Shown here: piece by piece, positions 63,264 to 64,000 of the stretch | Layout: the number at the start of each line of letters is the position of its first letter | How positions within the stretch are numbered: position 1 is the first letter of the stretch | Source: a virus | Length of the DNA: 64,000 nucleotides | IMG/VR virus record: IMGVR_UViG_3300005096_000103 | Location: 1-64,000 of that record | Direction: 5' to 3' (one strand) | The notes under the pieces: generated by a model | Told to the model about the DNA's origin: nothing | Seen by the model: only the letters and a program-made list of their open reading frames with translations | The model's database searches: none | Position numbers and translations under genes: made by a program

Positions 63264-64000
63264 CTAAGCGTAAGCTTTAAGCTGTGTGGCCAATGCTTTC
63301 TTCTGAGGGAGTGGGAGTGTAGGTAAGACCTCTTTCAGTTTCTGAGGGTCAACCTCACCACTACTATCCGTGATATGCTCGACAAAAGATCCTCCCAGGA
63401 TGTCCTCGTAGAACCCTTTATCTAATGCATAGAGTTTTCTCCAAGGAATCAATAATCCTGCAACGTCTGCTGATTCTTCAGAAAGCTTATCAGAATTGAA
63501 TACCGCAAGTTGAGGAGATAGTATACCTTCGTATTCGCTAAGTGAGTGCGTCTCATCTGCAAGACCAATAGTCTCAACGATACTAGATAGCTTAGGTCTG
63601 CTACTAAAGTAGCCTGTAGTAGTCATGCTATTCTTAACTGCATTCGCCAGCTTCTCATATGTCCCCTCTCCCTCCTTATCTCCTTGGAGGTAGCAGGCCC
63701 CAATTCTAGCTTCAAGATGACCTACAAGGGTTTCAACATGGCACCGGGTAACCCCCGCGTGCTTATACACGTCTGTAGGGAGGTCATCAGTACTCATCTG
63801 GTATTCAGCAGCCCTCTTCACGATATTAACAGCCGCGAGTTTAACAGTAGCAGGGAACAATCTCGACTGGTTTTCCAATAGAACGTGCGCTGACTGTTTA
63901 ACAAGGTCAGGAGTGTCAATCCTAAGCCGCTGCATGTCGGGGATTGCGTAGAGGTATTCGTCAGAATTCTCTGCTGCAGACGCGACCTTAACTGCGTCTG
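63264..64000 (-). CDS. Hypothetical KxA-rich protein, 5'-truncated by the window edge
   Basis: The frame stays open from 63935 to the edge (DAVKVASAAENSDEYLYAIPD-M...); KVAS, KLAA, KRAA, KHAG, KLAN. Confidence 0.75.
   Translation of the reverse strand, partial: DAVKVASAAENSDEYLYAIPDMQRLRIDTPDLVKQSAHVLLENQSRLFPATVKLAAVNIVKRAAEYQMSTDDLPTDVYKHAGVTRCHVETLVGHLEARIGACYLQGDKEGEGTYEKLANAVKNSMTTTGYFSSRPKLSSIVETIGLADETHSLSEYEGILSPQLAVFNSDKLSEESADVAGLLIPWRKLYALDKGFYEDILGGSFVEHITDSSGEVDPQKLKEVLPTLPLPQKKALATQLKAYA

Noticed and set aside
1-64000. TAG stop-codon reassignment
   Set aside because: Long conserved genes are intact in code 11, and many TAG stops abut the next start (e.g. 5248/5249, 18111/18112).
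1-64000. tRNA/tmRNA genes, integrase, reverse transcriptase/DGR
   Set aside because: No cloverleaf with a T-loop (GTTCRA) in intergenic DNA and no tyrosine/serine recombinase or YxDD motifs recognised by eye; tRNAscan-SE/ARAGORN would be decisive.

Overview
This is a gene-dense (~46% GC by eye) 64-kb segment of a large lytic myovirus (contractile-tailed dsDNA phage). A long minus-strand late block (~3.3-44.4 kb) encodes tail spike, tube, a 983-aa sheath, neck proteins, a Nudix protein, major capsid protein, decoration and scaffold proteins, and an HK97/assemblin-type prohead protease. It continues with ~10 orphan putative internal/ejection proteins, a two-chain multisubunit-type RNA polymerase (beta fused to the catalytic N-half of beta', plus a separate beta' C-half) and the portal. 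A plus-strand block (44.4-62.4 kb) encodes a SNF2 helicase, two Cas4-like nucleases, ParB, primase-helicase, a UDG-fused family A DNA polymerase and a MoxR-like ATPase, with the large terminase inverted inside it. The strongest unexplained signals are: (1) a K-x-A-[S/A/G/E] motif repeated dozens of times in the protease and the orphan head-region proteins, a candidate maturation/cargo code; (2) the RNAP architecture, with a beta-beta'N fusion and no beta' N-terminal zinc finger; (3) short tandem duplications copying gene ends and stop codons at ~13 genes; (4) structured intergenic cassettes behind a shared AATGGTATAAGA-like motif; (5) a GC-rich histone-H1-like gene and an excess of CTAG. All family calls come from motif recognition by eye; no searches were run. 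No tRNA, rRNA, CRISPR array, integrase or transposase was seen.
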